Numbered from the stretch's first letter, positions 9,528-20,220 are shown. The stretch: 52,073 bases of DNA from Bacteroidota bacterium (GCA_005788145.1 SXYY01000121.1:1-52073), one strand, 5' to 3'. Notes: a model not told the origin generated them from the sequence alone. Translations and numbers: made by a program.

Positions 9528-10787
9528 ATGGAAGCGGAAATTATCACCATTGGCGATGAATTATTGATTGGTCAAACCATTGATACCAACAGTGCCTATT
9601 TCGGGCAACAATTGGGTGGCATTGGCATTTCAATCAAACGAAAAACGGCCATTAGTGATCACGCTCAAGCGATTCTCGACGCTTTGGCTGAGGCTTTTTC
9701 TCGCGTTGATCTGGTCATTATGACCGGGGGATTGGGTCCAACCAAAGACGACATTACCAAGAAAACATTGTGCACCTATTACCAATGCGGCTACCGCAGG
9801 GATGAAAATGTGCTCGCCCATTTGGCGCAAATTTTCGAGGCGCGGGGCCGTTTGATGTTGGAAACGAACCAAGTGCAAGCCGATGTGCCTGCATTGTGTG
9901 AAACCCTTCACAACGCCGTTGGTACTGCACCCGGCATGTGGTTTGACCGCAATGGGAAGGTGCTGGTTTCTCTGCCCGGGGTTCCCGGAGAAGTATACCA
10001 CCTCACCGAGGAGCGTGTTATTCCAAAGTTAAAAGCCAAATTTCCACTTCCAACCATCCAACATCGCACTTTGGTGACCTTGCAAAAAGCAGAGAGTTTG
10101 TTATCAAGGCAATTAGAGCCTTTTGAAGCCTCACTTCCACCCCACCTTTCGCTTGCCTATTTACCCAGTTTTAACATGGTGAAATTGCGGCTATCTCAAA
10201 CTATCCAAAACAGTGATATTCCAGAATCGGACGATATTGACCGATATTTTGTTTTACTGCAACAAGCAATTGTAGAGGATGTGTTTTGTTTGGGCGATAT
10301 CGACCCAGCATTGTACCTATCCAAATACCTCATCAACAACAACATATCGTTTACTACCGCTGAAAGTTGTACAGGCGGTTGGGTTGCGCACCGATTGATG
10401 CAAGCTCCCGGAATTTCCGCCGTATACCCCGGATCCTTGGTTGCCTATGCCAATGAAGTAAAATCGCAAGAATTGGGGGTTGATCGTGCCATCATTGAAA
10501 CATACGGAGCCGTGAGCGAAAATTGTGCCCTTGCCATGGCCAATGGGGTTAGAGAAAAATTTGGCGTAGACCTTGCCATCGCAACAACGGGGATTGCCGG
10601 ACCCGGCGGTGGATCCAAAGAAAAACCTGTGGGTTTCGTCTATATCGCTGTATGTACAGCCAACGAACAAATGTGCAAGTCGTTTAGGTTGTTTGGCAAT
10701 CGAGAGCAGATCATCCAGCGCAGCAGCAATGCGGCCCTCTGGATGGTAAAACAATTGTTGAAATTGCCCACCGATTCGGCGGCGTAA
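9528..10787 (+). CDS. cinA: competence/damage-inducible protein CinA (MoCF-binding domain plus NMN deamidase PncC domain)
   Basis: I trimmed to the ATG at 9528, giving [22 protein letters not shown]. The C-terminal half carries TAESCTGG...[12 protein letters not shown], typical of the PncC domain. Confidence 0.9.
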   Translation: MEAEIITIGDELLIGQTIDTNSAYFGQQLGGIGISIKRKTAISDHAQAILDALAEAFSRVDLVIMTGGLGPTKDDITKKTLCTYYQCGYRRDENVLAHLAQIFEARGRLMLETNQVQADVPALCETLHNAVGTAPGMWFDRNGKVLVSLPGVPGEVYHLTEERVIPKLKAKFPLPTIQHRTLVTLQKAESLLSRQLEPFEASLPPHLSLAYLPSFNMVKLRLSQTIQNSDIPESDDIDRYFVLLQQAIVEDVFCLGDIDPALYLSKYLINNNISFTTAESCTGGWVAHRLMQAPGISAVYPGSLVAYANEVKSQELGVDRAIIETYGAVSENCALAMANGVREKFGVDLAIATTGIAGPGGGSKEKPVGFVYIAVCTANEQMCKSFRLFGNREQIIQRSSNAALWMVKQLLKLPTDSAA

Positions 10788-10824
10788 TTGGCCCAAAAAT
10801 TGGGGGAAATCGGCGAGAAATCAG

Positions 10825-10832
10825 TACCTTTG
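10825..10832 (+). promoter_or_regulatory. candidate -7 box (TACCTTTG), 10 nt upstream of the guaA ATG
   Basis: The plus strand reads TACCTTTG-cggtagattc-ATG (ATG at 10843). A possible -33 ATTG lies at 10799-10802 with a 22-nt spacer. Confidence 0.4.
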
Positions 10833-10842
10833 CGGTAGATTC

Positions 10843-12375
10843 ATGACCGAAAAAATTCTCATCCTCGACTTTGGTTCGCAGTACACACAATTGATTGCAC
10901 GTCGGTTGCGCGAACTCTTCGTGTATTGCGAAATTCACCCCTATAATCACATTCCTGAATTAACCAGCGATATCAAAGGCATCATCCTATCGGGAAGTCC
11001 TTGTTCTGTGAATGAAACTGATGCGCCAATGGTTGATCTAACCAAGTTGATGTCGCAAGGTCCACTCCTCGGTGTATGTTATGGCGCTCAAATGCTCGCC
11101 AAAGTGCACGGCGGCGTGGTTTCTCGCAGTGATCACAGGGAATACGGTCGGGCAATGATGATTCGGAGCGAAAACAACAGTGCTTTGTTGCAAGGGTTGA
11201 GCGATGAATCTCAAGTTTGGATGAGTCACGGCGATACCATCACGGCATTGCCCCCTACGGCAACGATTATTGCCAAAACCGAAAGCATTCCCGTGGCTGC
11301 CTTTGAATTGGAAAGCCACAATCCCGTCTTCGGCATTCAATTTCACCCCGAAGTGTATCACAGCACCGAAGGATTGGCATTATTGAAGAACTTCGCCTAC
11401 GGTATTTGTGGTTGTGCCGGCGATTGGACGCCCGGTCACTTCATCGATGAAACGGTTGCGCAGATTTGCAGCACTGTGGGCACAGATCAAGTAATTTTGG
11501 GATTGTCGGGCGGTGTGGATAGCTCAGTCGCTGCCCTATTGTTACACAAAGCCATCGGTAAGCAATTGCATTGCATCTTCATCGACAACGGTTTACTGCG
11601 CAAAAACGAATTTGCCCTGGTACAAGAAGCCTATGAGCAATTAGAACTCAATGTGATTGGCGTGGATGCCTCTCAACAATTTTACGATGCACTGGCGGGT
11701 TTAACCGATCCCGAAGCAAAGCGAAAGGCCATCGGTCGCGTCTTTGTGGAAGTCTTCCAAGAAGAAAGCAGCAAGATCAAGGATGCCAAGTGGTTGGCCC
11801 AAGGAACCATTTACCCTGATGTTATCGAAAGTGTGAGTGTAAAGGGCCCGAGTGCGACCATCAAAAGTCATCACAATGTGGGTGGATTGCCTGAAAAAAT
11901 GAGTTTGAAAATCATTGAGCCACTGCGCAGCTTATTCAAAGACGAGGTTCGCAGGGTTGGTGATACCATGGGATTGCCGCACAATATTTTGAACCGACAT
12001 CCTTTCCCAGGCCCAGGATTGGGAATTCGTATCTTGGGCGATATCACCGAGGCAAAGGTGAAGTTGTTGCAAGAAGCCGATTGGGTTTACATGGAAAAAC
12101 TGCGCGAGCACGGCTGGTACGAAAAAATTTGGCAGGCAGGAGCCATATTGCTACCCATCCAAAGTGTGGGTGTAATGGGCGATGAAAGAACCTATGAGCA
12201 AGTCGTTGCATTGCGTGCGGTCACAAGTACAGACGGTATGACAGCGGATTGGGTGCACCTTCCCTATGAGATTTTGGCAGATATTAGCAATAGCATCATC
12301 AATAGAGTAAGAGGAATCAACCGGGTGGTATACGACATCAGTTCAAAACCACCGGCTACCATTGAATGGGAATAA
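10843..12375 (+). CDS. guaA: glutamine-hydrolysing GMP synthase
   Basis: 510 aa. The GATase region has [25 protein letters not shown] and FHPEV. The ATP-PPase P-loop is [10 protein letters not shown], and the protein ends with the canonical PPATIEWE. Confidence 0.97.
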   Translation: MTEKILILDFGSQYTQLIARRLRELFVYCEIHPYNHIPELTSDIKGIILSGSPCSVNETDAPMVDLTKLMSQGPLLGVCYGAQMLAKVHGGVVSRSDHREYGRAMMIRSENNSALLQGLSDESQVWMSHGDTITALPPTATIIAKTESIPVAAFELESHNPVFGIQFHPEVYHSTEGLALLKNFAYGICGCAGDWTPGHFIDETVAQICSTVGTDQVILGLSGGVDSSVAALLLHKAIGKQLHCIFIDNGLLRKNEFALVQEAYEQLELNVIGVDASQQFYDALAGLTDPEAKRKAIGRVFVEVFQEESSKIKDAKWLAQGTIYPDVIESVSVKGPSATIKSHHNVGGLPEKMSLKIIEPLRSLFKDEVRRVGDTMGLPHNILNRHPFPGPGLGIRILGDITEAKVKLLQEADWVYMEKLREHGWYEKIWQAGAILLPIQSVGVMGDERTYEQVVALRAVTSTDGMTADWVHLPYEILADISNSIINRVRGINRVVYDISSKPPATIEWE

Positions 12376-12379
12376 AATC

Positions 12380-13570
12380 ATGAATACACAAACACAGAAT
12401 ATCGCTTTGCAAAGTCCTTTAAAAGGCTTGTGGATGGGTGTGATGTGTTTGGCAATTGGCACGCTGAATGCCCAGGAATTGGTTGCACCAAAAACGGATG
12501 TTTCTGCAGGTCCCCTGAGAATTGGTATTGCCCTTCCATTTCACGCCCAAAACACAAAAGCCAATCCATTGACCGATGCGATGATGGATTACTATTTGGG
12601 TTTAAAATTGGGGTTTTCTGAACTTGAAGCGGAAGGTTTCCAAGCGAACGTAAGTGTTTGGGACACCGAACCCACCGATAGTTTGCCATTGAACCAATTG
12701 GCCATCGCCAATTTGGTCAAAAGCGACAACTTCAAGGATCAACAAATCATGATTGGCCCGGTTTACGAGGACAATTTCAAAGCACTGTCGCAACACACCG
12801 GTTTGGTTTGGAAAACAACCCCCAATGCTTGGATATCGCCCATGGGTTATGTAAAACCGAGCATGAGCAAAGGAAAGGGACCATTCCCCAACATGAACTT
12901 TTTCATCAACGACACGCTGAGATACAAGAGTGTGGCGAAGAATGTTGCCCAAATGTTTCCCAAGCACAGGATTTGCATTGTGATTGACGCGGACAAGAAC
13001 AGCAAGACCAAGGGAACCATGTACAAGGCCATGATGCAAAAAACCACAACGAAATTGGTGACTGTGCATGTGTTAAAAAATGGCGTTTTAACGCCGGCCT
13101 TGCCAAAGCGCGATAGCATTGTACTGACGTCTTGTATACCTGACGCCACCGTGAGGGTTGCATTGGAAAAACTATTGGAAAAACGACAACAGTGTTGGTT
13201 GATTGCCGATTTGGGATGGTTTGAAGACAAGCGATATTATACTGGTTTGAACGATCCGTTGTGTATTTATCCTACGGTGAATTTCACCGATTTTCACGAT
13301 GAACAAACCTTGGCTTTTTCTCGGAAGTTCTTTGCAACATACGGCTTTGAACCAAGTCGATTTGGGTTTATTGGATACGACCAAGGCAAATTTCTGGGGT
13401 ATAGTTGTATGGCATTTGGACCAGGATTTTTGTCAGCCTTGCCCGATGCGACTTATGAAGGACTGATTAATTCCATTCATTTTAAGTCGGGAGGCACTGC
13501 ACCGTACAACGATGGGATTCGATTCGTCATGATTTACGAGGACACGCCGCATATTTTCACATTGGATTAA
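12380..13570 (+). CDS. secreted protein with a type-1 periplasmic-binding-protein-like fold, function unknown
   Basis: The ATG at 12380 lies 4 nt after the guaA stop. A signal peptide is present (LWMGVMCLAIGTLNAQE). The stretch LRIGIALPF...DYYLGLKLGFSELEAEGFQANVSVWDTE...MIGPVY resembles Leu/Ile/Val-binding-type solute-binding domains. This is inference only. Confidence 0.55.
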   Translation: MNTQTQNIALQSPLKGLWMGVMCLAIGTLNAQELVAPKTDVSAGPLRIGIALPFHAQNTKANPLTDAMMDYYLGLKLGFSELEAEGFQANVSVWDTEPTDSLPLNQLAIANLVKSDNFKDQQIMIGPVYEDNFKALSQHTGLVWKTTPNAWISPMGYVKPSMSKGKGPFPNMNFFINDTLRYKSVAKNVAQMFPKHRICIVIDADKNSKTKGTMYKAMMQKTTTKLVTVHVLKNGVLTPALPKRDSIVLTSCIPDATVRVALEKLLEKRQQCWLIADLGWFEDKRYYTGLNDPLCIYPTVNFTDFHDEQTLAFSRKFFATYGFEPSRFGFIGYDQGKFLGYSCMAFGPGFLSALPDATYEGLINSIHFKSGGTAPYNDGIRFVMIYEDTPHIFTLD

Positions 13571-13574
13571 TCGC

Positions 13575-14690
13575 ATGGCGGATATTGGGGATCGCATACC
13601 TTATTTGTTCTACAAGAACGCAGCAGATTTGATTGTTGGATATGATGGCAGCACGCCGTTTCATTTGTTTTTAAAGGAGCAATTCAGGGAGCACAAGAAC
13701 TGGGGCAGCAAGGATCGCAAGCGATACCGCGCTTGCTGCTATTACTTCTGGCGAAACGCCTACGGCGTTTCGCGACACAACACCACCGAAATCCTCCACT
13801 ACCTTCAAACCCACTTCCCCGCACCCAATCATTCCAACACCCCCCATCCCCCAACAGCCCCTTACACTCCATTTGCTAGATTGTTGAGCAAGGGAATACC
13901 TGTGGATGCACTTACCCCTTGGTTTCAAACAGAACCATGGGTATGGCTTCGGGCCGTCACAGGCAAAGAACAACAAGTACTCAAGAAACTTGAACAACAA
14001 CAAATTGTAATTTTGTCAAAACACAATGGCACCATTGCAGTATCCGCCCAAGCCAACCTGGAAACCATCACCCAGCAAGGCATCGCCTATATCCAAGACA
14101 TTGGTTCACAGCAAGCCATGGATTGGCAAAACACCCCATTGAAGGCCCTATGCACGCGTGATCATCGGATTTGGGACTGTTGTGCTGGCGCAGGAGGGAA
14201 AAGCATTACGCTGTTGCAAAACCATGCACAAGCGCAAGTAGAATGCGCAGATATCAGAAGCAACATTCTAGAAAATTTACAAACCCGTTTTCAATCGCTC
14301 CAATTGAAAACCCCAAAAACCAGGGTTTGCAACCTTGAATCTGAAATACCCAACCAATCCTATGATATCGTTGTGGCCGACGTACCGTGCTCGGGCAGTG
14401 GCACATGGCGCAGAAACCCAGAAAACTTGCATTTCTTCACCGCACCTGAAATTGGTATCTATGCAAACAAACAACAGCGCATACTGAACAACTTGGCCAA
14501 CGCAGTGAAAACAGGTGGCTATTTGGTTTACCTAACCTGCTCAGTTTTTCAGGCAGAGAACGAAGATAACATTGAAAAGTTCTTATTGAATCATCCACAA
14601 TACCAAACCATAAAAGATGCATTCTGCGGGGGTACAGCAATGGGCGGCGATTACATTTATCGCGCGATTTTACAAAAAATTGAAGGGTAA
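13575..14690 (+). CDS. RsmB/NOP2/Sun-family SAM-dependent RNA (cytosine-C5) methyltransferase
   Basis: DCCAGAGGKS is the SAM motif. DVPCSGSGTWRRNPE and YLTCSVFQAENE carry the two catalytic Cys motifs. The N-terminal region contains a Pro-rich linker (PAPNHSNTPHPPTAPYTP). Confidence 0.8.
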   Translation: MADIGDRIPYLFYKNAADLIVGYDGSTPFHLFLKEQFREHKNWGSKDRKRYRACCYYFWRNAYGVSRHNTTEILHYLQTHFPAPNHSNTPHPPTAPYTPFARLLSKGIPVDALTPWFQTEPWVWLRAVTGKEQQVLKKLEQQQIVILSKHNGTIAVSAQANLETITQQGIAYIQDIGSQQAMDWQNTPLKALCTRDHRIWDCCAGAGGKSITLLQNHAQAQVECADIRSNILENLQTRFQSLQLKTPKTRVCNLESEIPNQSYDIVVADVPCSGSGTWRRNPENLHFFTAPEIGIYANKQQRILNNLANAVKTGGYLVYLTCSVFQAENEDNIEKFLLNHPQYQTIKDAFCGGTAMGGDYIYRAILQKIEG

Positions 14691-15689
14691 TCAGGCTTCG
14701 GTATCGTAAGCCCACTTGAGGTAAATACTACCCCATGTAAAGCCCCCACCAAAACTGCTCAGAATGAGGTTATCGCCTTTTTTCAATTGACTTTCCCATT
14801 CCCACAAACACAATGGCAATGTTCCAGAAGTGGTGTTGCCGTACTTCTGTATATTGATCATCACTTTGTTTTTGTCCAATCCCATGCGATCTGCTGTTGC
14901 ATCAATGATTCGCAAATTGGCTTGGTGCGGCACCAACCATGCAATATCATCGGCTTGAAGCTGGTTGCGCTCCATGATTTCATAACTCACATCAGCCATA
15001 CGGGTAACGGCAAACTTGAACACGGTTTTACCCTCCTGATAGGCATAATGCAAGCGTTGATCTACTGTTTGATGGCTGGGTGGCAACATTGAACCACCGG
15101 CTTTTTGAATTAGGAAATCCCGACCACTACCATCTACGCGGGTAATGGAATCTTGAATTCCCATTCCATCGGTACTGGGCTCCAACAAAACACAGCCCGC
15201 ACCGTCACCAAACAATACACAGGTATTCCGATCCGTATAATCTGTAATGGCACTCATTTTATCGGCACCCACAACCAAAACTTTTTTGTGCGCACCCGAC
15301 TCTATAAAACGCGATCCAGTTACCAAGGCAAACAAAAAACCACTGCATGCGGCTCCAACGTCATAACCCCAAGCGTTGACGGCACCAATTTTATCTGCGA
15401 TCACGTTGGCAGTTGCAGGAAAAACATAATCTCCCGTCACCGTTCCACAAATAATCAACTCAATTTCTGCAGGATCTACCCCTTTCTTTTTCAACATGGG
15501 CAAAATCGCGCCCACTGCCAAGTCTGAAGTTGCCTTGCCAGGCTCATCCAAAATATGTCTTTCCACGATACCAGTACGTGTACGAATCCACTCGTCGTTG
15601 GTATCTACCATTTTTTCTAAATCAGCGTTGGAAAGAATTTTGGGAGGTACATAGCCTCCAACAGCGGTAATGGCAGCGGTTATTTTCAT
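14691..15689 (-). CDS. fabH: 3-oxoacyl-ACP synthase III
   Basis: 332 aa with NDEWIRTRTGI, the active-site AACSGF, VPHQAN and GNTSSG-like GNTTSGT. The start overlaps the plsX stop by 4 nt. Confidence 0.95.
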   Translation of the reverse strand: MKITAAITAVGGYVPPKILSNADLEKMVDTNDEWIRTRTGIVERHILDEPGKATSDLAVGAILPMLKKKGVDPAEIELIICGTVTGDYVFPATANVIADKIGAVNAWGYDVGAACSGFLFALVTGSRFIESGAHKKVLVVGADKMSAITDYTDRNTCVLFGDGAGCVLLEPSTDGMGIQDSITRVDGSGRDFLIQKAGGSMLPPSHQTVDQRLHYAYQEGKTVFKFAVTRMADVSYEIMERNQLQADDIAWLVPHQANLRIIDATADRMGLDKNKVMINIQKYGNTTSGTLPLCLWEWESQLKKGDNLILSSFGGGFTWGSIYLKWAYDTEA

Positions 15690-16660
15690 GTTTGGTTGGC
15701 AGTTTCTGCTTGGTATGCAATGAAGCGACTCATTGCCTTTTGAATTTTATTCGTCAGCTCAGATTGAACGGTTTCTTGCGCCAATTCAATCATTTTTACA
15801 AACGTTTCGGCTTTTGTGATTCCATGACCTACAATTACGGGTGCATTCACGCCCAAAACCATAGAACCTCCATAGTGTTTGAAGTTGAATTGATCCAAGT
15901 AATCGTCTTGTACACCACGTTTTACCAAACGGTAGTAAATTCCCTCACACAATTTGATGATCACATTGCCACTAAATCCATCACATACTACAACATCCGC
16001 ATGATCGCCAAAGATATCGCGACCTTCCACGTTGCCCACAAAATGAATACCTTGTGTTTGGGACAGCAACTGGTGGGTGGCTTTGGTGAGTAGGTTGCCT
16101 TTTTCACTTTCCTCTCCGATGTTCAAGAGTCCAATTTTGGGCGATTCCACTTTATACATCATAGAGTATAGGAGATTACCCAACAGGGCAAACTTCTCCA
16201 AGTGTTCTGGTTTACAATCGGCATTTGCGCCAACATCCAACAACAATCCGGGTCGGTTGTCAACGCGGGGTATTGCGGCAGTAAGACAGGGGCGATCACA
16301 CCCGTCGATCAATTTCAAGTACTGGATAGACCCCACCAACATGGCTCCGGTATTCCCTGCACTCAAAAAAGCATCAATTTTTTGGTGTGCCAATTGCAAA
16401 AAACCTTGAGCAATGCTCGAATTCGGCTTGGACACCAAAGCTTTCACAGGGTGCTCAGCCATTTCAACTACTTCGGGCGTATCTACAATCTCGAATTGTG
16501 AAATATCGATACCTTCTGCAACGCATACTTCTTCTATGGCTGATTTTGAGCCAAACAAAACCAACACAACACCTGCCAATGAGGAAGCTGCGTGAGAGGC
16601 ACCCTTGACGGCCTCTAATGGGGCATAATCCCCACCCATGGCGTCAATACCAATTCTCAT
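15686..16660 (-). CDS. plsX: phosphate acyltransferase PlsX
   Basis: MRIGIDAMGGDYAP, SAGNTGA and DGFSGNV motifs are present. The gene sits in the canonical yceD-rpmF-plsX-fabH order. Confidence 0.95.
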   Translation of the reverse strand: MRIGIDAMGGDYAPLEAVKGASHAASSLAGVVLVLFGSKSAIEEVCVAEGIDISQFEIVDTPEVVEMAEHPVKALVSKPNSSIAQGFLQLAHQKIDAFLSAGNTGAMLVGSIQYLKLIDGCDRPCLTAAIPRVDNRPGLLLDVGANADCKPEHLEKFALLGNLLYSMMYKVESPKIGLLNIGEESEKGNLLTKATHQLLSQTQGIHFVGNVEGRDIFGDHADVVVCDGFSGNVIIKLCEGIYYRLVKRGVQDDYLDQFNFKHYGGSMVLGVNAPVIVGHGITKAETFVKMIELAQETVQSELTNKIQKAMSRFIAYQAETANQT

Positions 16661-16662
16661 TG

Positions 16663-16848
16663 TTAACTATCGTTGCGATCCTTCATTACCTTCTGGCCGC
16701 GGTACATTCCAGTTTCCAAGTTAACGCGGTGATACAATGATACATCACCAGTTACGGGATCAGCAATCATTGGACGCACTTCAATTTTGTCATGTGTACG
16801 ACGTTTGTCGCGACGAGTTTTCGATATTTTTCGTTTAGGATGTGCCAT
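16663..16848 (-). CDS. rpmF: 50S ribosomal protein L32
   Basis: The N-terminus is [19 protein letters not shown] and the protein is 61 aa. Confidence 0.95.
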   Translation of the reverse strand: MAHPKRKISKTRRDKRRTHDKIEVRPMIADPVTGDVSLYHRVNLETGMYRGQKVMKDRNDS

Positions 16849-16855
16849 TTCCTTG

Positions 16856-17401
16856 TTATAGGTTTTTTAGTTGTTTCAATTTTTCCCAACGTGCATCTAC
16901 TTCGGGTTCCTCAGTAGAATCACTGTTGAGCGTTTCTAGTTTTTGTATCATTGCCTCATCACAAGGCTTGGTTTCCATTTCGTCACAATTACGAATCATT
17001 GGCAACGCCAACAAACTCGTTTCATAGACAGGTTGAGCAATACTCAATTTAAACTCATGCGGACGCAAGTAGATTAGTTCCACTCCCTCATCTTCATGGT
17101 CTATATCCGCTTCTCCCTGACTGTCTAACTTTACAATCAACATATAATTGGTGTCGATTTGCATAGGCAAAGCCACCAAACAACGGTGACATTCTACAGT
17201 CAAGATTCCACGCATACGCAAACGAACATGCATCCAATTGGTTGATTTATCAACCTCCACATCCACTTGCACGTTTGCATTGTGTATTTCTGTACTCCCC
17301 AATGATTCAAAGAACGATTCGTCAACCCGAAAGTCTAAGTTGTGTTTGCCATCTTTCAATTTGACAAACTCTATGCAGAGATCTTCCACCTTGTCGTACA
17401 T
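16856..17401 (-). CDS. yceD: YceD/DUF177-family protein (large-subunit accumulation protein)
   Basis: It lies upstream of rpmF as in most bacteria. It has the C..C signature (ECHRCL) and an acidic C-terminus. I trimmed to the ATG at 17401. Confidence 0.8.
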   Translation of the reverse strand: MYDKVEDLCIEFVKLKDGKHNLDFRVDESFFESLGSTEIHNANVQVDVEVDKSTNWMHVRLRMRGILTVECHRCLVALPMQIDTNYMLIVKLDSQGEADIDHEDEGVELIYLRPHEFKLSIAQPVYETSLLALPMIRNCDEMETKPCDEAMIQKLETLNSDSTEEPEVDARWEKLKQLKNL

Positions 17402-17419
17402 CGTTACTAAAACGAACGG

Positions 17420-17450
17420 CAAAAATACGCTTTTTTATAGCAAAATCAAA
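17420..17450 (-). promoter_or_regulatory. candidate promoter of the yceD-rpmF-plsX-fabH operon (TTTG-N19-TATTTTTG)
   Basis: On the minus strand, TTTG is at 17447-17450, followed by a 19-nt spacer and TATTTTTG at 17420-17427. The box is 18 nt upstream of the ATG. Both elements match the Bacteroidota consensus exactly. Confidence 0.5.
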
Positions 17451-17493
17451 GCAAAACCGGAATTAATACCAAAACAACCCGCACAACCACAAC

Positions 17494-17525
17494 AAAAAAC
17501 CCCAACCTGACGGCTGGGGTTTTTT
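17494..17525 (-). terminator. rho-independent terminator after gldN (A-tract/T-tract flanked, potentially bidirectional)
   Basis: The sequence aaaaaa-ccccaacc-tgac-ggctgggg-tttttt forms a stem with one mismatch. It lies 37 nt downstream of the gldN stop. Confidence 0.7.
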
Positions 17526-17561
17526 AGAATTTCTTATCGTTGAGATGTCAATAATCGGAGA

Positions 17562-18545
17562 TTAATACTCCCACAAATCGTGCTCAAAGATGAACAAGTC
17601 GTTCTTTATTTCTTCAGCGCGCAACAACGAAGCCAATCCATCTTGCTTGAATTCAGCCTTTTGGTTGATGTATCTGTCATCCCACTCAGAAGTCTTCACG
17701 ATATAGCTATCAAATAAACGATGGTGATTGATGTGCTGATCCCAGTTCAAACGCATGGCATCATTGTATCGGTTGAATACTTCTGACTTCGCCAAGGTAG
17801 GACGACAATCATCCATCTTCAACCAGAAAGGTTTTACGTCGTATGTTTGACCCATGATGTTCTTAGGCTGAATCGGTGCGATACCAATGATGATGGGCTT
17901 AAACTCCCCATGCTTGTAATCGAACACCCAGTCTTCCATGATTTCAAATTTCTGAATCAAATCCCAAGAGAAATATTCAGGGAAAGACGTATCAACCAAA
18001 TCCGTTGGGTCATCAGAACCTGGACGTTGTTTAGAAGTAGTAATGATTTCAGCAGTAGCACGAATGATGTCTTCTGGAGTGATTACGCGATTGAAGGAAT
18101 CCGTCGCATAGGCACGAACCAAACCCTTGGTACCCAATTCCCAAAAGACTTGAGAAATAGGATTCTTGGGCCAAGTCCAAGCACGGTTCATCTTCTGACG
18201 CAAATCGATCACACGCCAAACACGCTTACGGAATTTCAGATCTGCGTTGCGGAGATAGGGTCTCTGCATCACAATACCCTGAAGGTTACGGATGTTGGTA
18301 TCCTGGTTCACGTATTCTGGCTCGTAGTGGGACACAGCAGGATCGTCATAGTGAGTTCCAATTGTTGGAATCACAATTTCAGCTTCCTTCTTGGGTGCAT
18401 CAGCAGCCGGTTCTGAAGTTGCAGCAGGCTCAGAAGAACCTGAACCCTTCTTAGCTGGTGCTGGGTCACCCCAACCACCACCCCAATCTTGGGCATGCAA
18501 GCCAGCTGTGGCAACAAATGTGAGTGTGATTAATATGCGTTTCAT
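17562..18545 (-). CDS. gldN: T9SS/gliding motility periplasmic ring protein GldN (PorN)
   Basis: 327 aa with a signal peptide and a low-complexity linker. It is the last gene of the K-L-M-N set. The conserved-looking C-terminal region reads RVWRVIDLR...NLFIFEHDLWEY. The call rests on position plus resemblance. Confidence 0.85.
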   Translation of the reverse strand: MKRILITLTFVATAGLHAQDWGGGWGDPAPAKKGSGSSEPAATSEPAADAPKKEAEIVIPTIGTHYDDPAVSHYEPEYVNQDTNIRNLQGIVMQRPYLRNADLKFRKRVWRVIDLRQKMNRAWTWPKNPISQVFWELGTKGLVRAYATDSFNRVITPEDIIRATAEIITTSKQRPGSDDPTDLVDTSFPEYFSWDLIQKFEIMEDWVFDYKHGEFKPIIIGIAPIQPKNIMGQTYDVKPFWLKMDDCRPTLAKSEVFNRYNDAMRLNWDQHINHHRLFDSYIVKTSEWDDRYINQKAEFKQDGLASLLRAEEIKNDLFIFEHDLWEY

Positions 18546-18558
18546 TAATGTGTTTTTT

Positions 18559-20220
18559 TTAGTTTACTGATCCTCCAACGTTGTCGAGGAACTTGGGCAC
18601 TTTATCAGGTCCGATAACTTTGATTTGGTCAAATTGAATCAAATCACCAGGGCCTAACATTTTCAAGAATGAAGCAATCGGTGCCAAACTTGAACCGTTA
18701 ACCACCTGAATTTTGGGACCGTTGGTACGACGTCCGATACAAGTAAAGCGGTAAGACAATACATCGTATTTTACACCATCGTATACAAAGTTATCCAAAG
18801 CAGCCACAGCATTTGCCTGAACTTTCATCGCAGACAATGAGATAGGACCACTAAATCCTACGCTACCCGCTTTAAATACAGGACGGGGAACGTTACGAAC
18901 TTTGAATTTCTTAGAGCCCATCGATACGGTACGACCATCAGGCAACTTCGCAGTAACATTGATCATACATTCGTTGCCGCTACGGACAGGGATGATTGCA
19001 TTGTATTGACCAGGCTTCGAGGGGCGCAAAGAAACACCACCACCTGTTACGGATACATTCACATTTTTGGGGTCAACACCACCTACAGAAACTGAAATTG
19101 GGTTAGGCAAACCTACATAAACCACATTCAATTCATCGGCAGAAATTGCAGCTTGAGGAGCAAATACGCTGTACTCCGCTTCAGTTTCGTAGTTATCTGA
19201 TCCACCACCGTTGGGTTTTGGTACTTGGATACCCACTTTGTATTTCTGTGAGCCTGGAGAAGCGCTTGTTACTTTGTATTTACCTACACCATCAACCACT
19301 TCAATTGGACGACCATTTACAGTTACCATCATCTGTGCCTTTGAATTGTAGGCAGCCAACAAAATGTTTGCTTCGTATGTTTGGTTTGTCAATACTGCGC
19401 TTGTAGATGCTGATACAACTGGAATCAATTTGTCGAACTTGTAGTCAGCAGCGTTCACAGACTCAGCCAATGCTTGCATAACTTCTGCTTCCATTGAACG
19501 TGAATCGTTTTCTACTTTACTCAACATCGCGAAGACACCCGCCAATGGAGAATGCTCTAAATACATTGATACCCAACTCTGATCTGTTCCACTGGAGTTT
19601 ATGGTATTGTTAGCATACAATGAAGTTTTTTCTTCAATGGCTTTCATGCGATCCAACAAAATTTTCTTCGTTTCGGGAGAGCCGGCCAAAATTGCGTCAG
19701 CTGAAGCTTTCTTCATAACAGTCAACATATCAACACGGGCCTTGTTGATTGCATCTTGCAAATCAGTACCGTTTTTGCCTTCGTTTTCAACCATAAAATA
19801 GTTACCATGAACTTCCATGTTGTCACCCTGTGCCAATTCAGGAACCCCACCTTTCACCAACAAAGCCTCAGGCTCTTGTTTACGGCCCATTTTTGGGTCT
19901 TTTTGGTCTCCAGTGAGCAACAACAAATCATTTTTGATGCCGTTCAAACGGCCAATCAAGGCTTTACTGATGACTTGTACCTGATTACAATATGATACCG
20001 CGACTGCAGCAGCCTTATTTTCAGCAGCAGTCTTCACCAAGCTACCCAAAACAGCAGTATTCTTTTGTACGATGTTCTTCGTAGAATTGTCCAATGAGTT
20101 TTCAATCAAGTTGAATGCCTTGATAATCTCTTTGGATACGTTCAATGCCAAAAGGGCTGTCAACACGAGATACATCATGTTGATCATCTTTTGACGTGCG
20201 GATACTTTACCACCTGCCAT
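18559..20220 (-). CDS. gldM: T9SS/gliding motility motor-associated protein GldM (PorM)
   Basis: The N-terminus MAGGKVSARQKMINMMYLVLTALLALNVSKE is the characteristic GldM single-TM start. The protein is 553 aa with a large periplasmic region. Confidence 0.88.
   Translation of the reverse strand: MAGGKVSARQKMINMMYLVLTALLALNVSKEIIKAFNLIENSLDNSTKNIVQKNTAVLGSLVKTAAENKAAAVAVSYCNQVQVISKALIGRLNGIKNDLLLLTGDQKDPKMGRKQEPEALLVKGGVPELAQGDNMEVHGNYFMVENEGKNGTDLQDAINKARVDMLTVMKKASADAILAGSPETKKILLDRMKAIEEKTSLYANNTINSSGTDQSWVSMYLEHSPLAGVFAMLSKVENDSRSMEAEVMQALAESVNAADYKFDKLIPVVSASTSAVLTNQTYEANILLAAYNSKAQMMVTVNGRPIEVVDGVGKYKVTSASPGSQKYKVGIQVPKPNGGGSDNYETEAEYSVFAPQAAISADELNVVYVGLPNPISVSVGGVDPKNVNVSVTGGGVSLRPSKPGQYNAIIPVRSGNECMINVTAKLPDGRTVSMGSKKFKVRNVPRPVFKAGSVGFSGPISLSAMKVQANAVAALDNFVYDGVKYDVLSYRFTCIGRRTNGPKIQVVNGSSLAPIASFLKMLGPGDLIQFDQIKVIGPDKVPKFLDNVGGSVN

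Noticed and set aside
12457-12471. TGGCAC-gctga-ATGC has correct GG-N10-GC spacing on the plus strand.
   Set aside because: It lies inside the signal-peptide coding region of the 12380..13570 gene. The next downstream start codon is more than 1 kb away, so it is most likely coincidental.
13795-13875. A C-rich tract (ccccgcacccaatcattccaacaccccccatcccccaacagcccc) resembles the intergenic C-runs at 23.7 kb.
   Set aside because: It is in frame within the RsmB-like methyltransferase and encodes a Pro-rich linker (PAPNHSNTPHPPTAPYTP). Coding content explains it.
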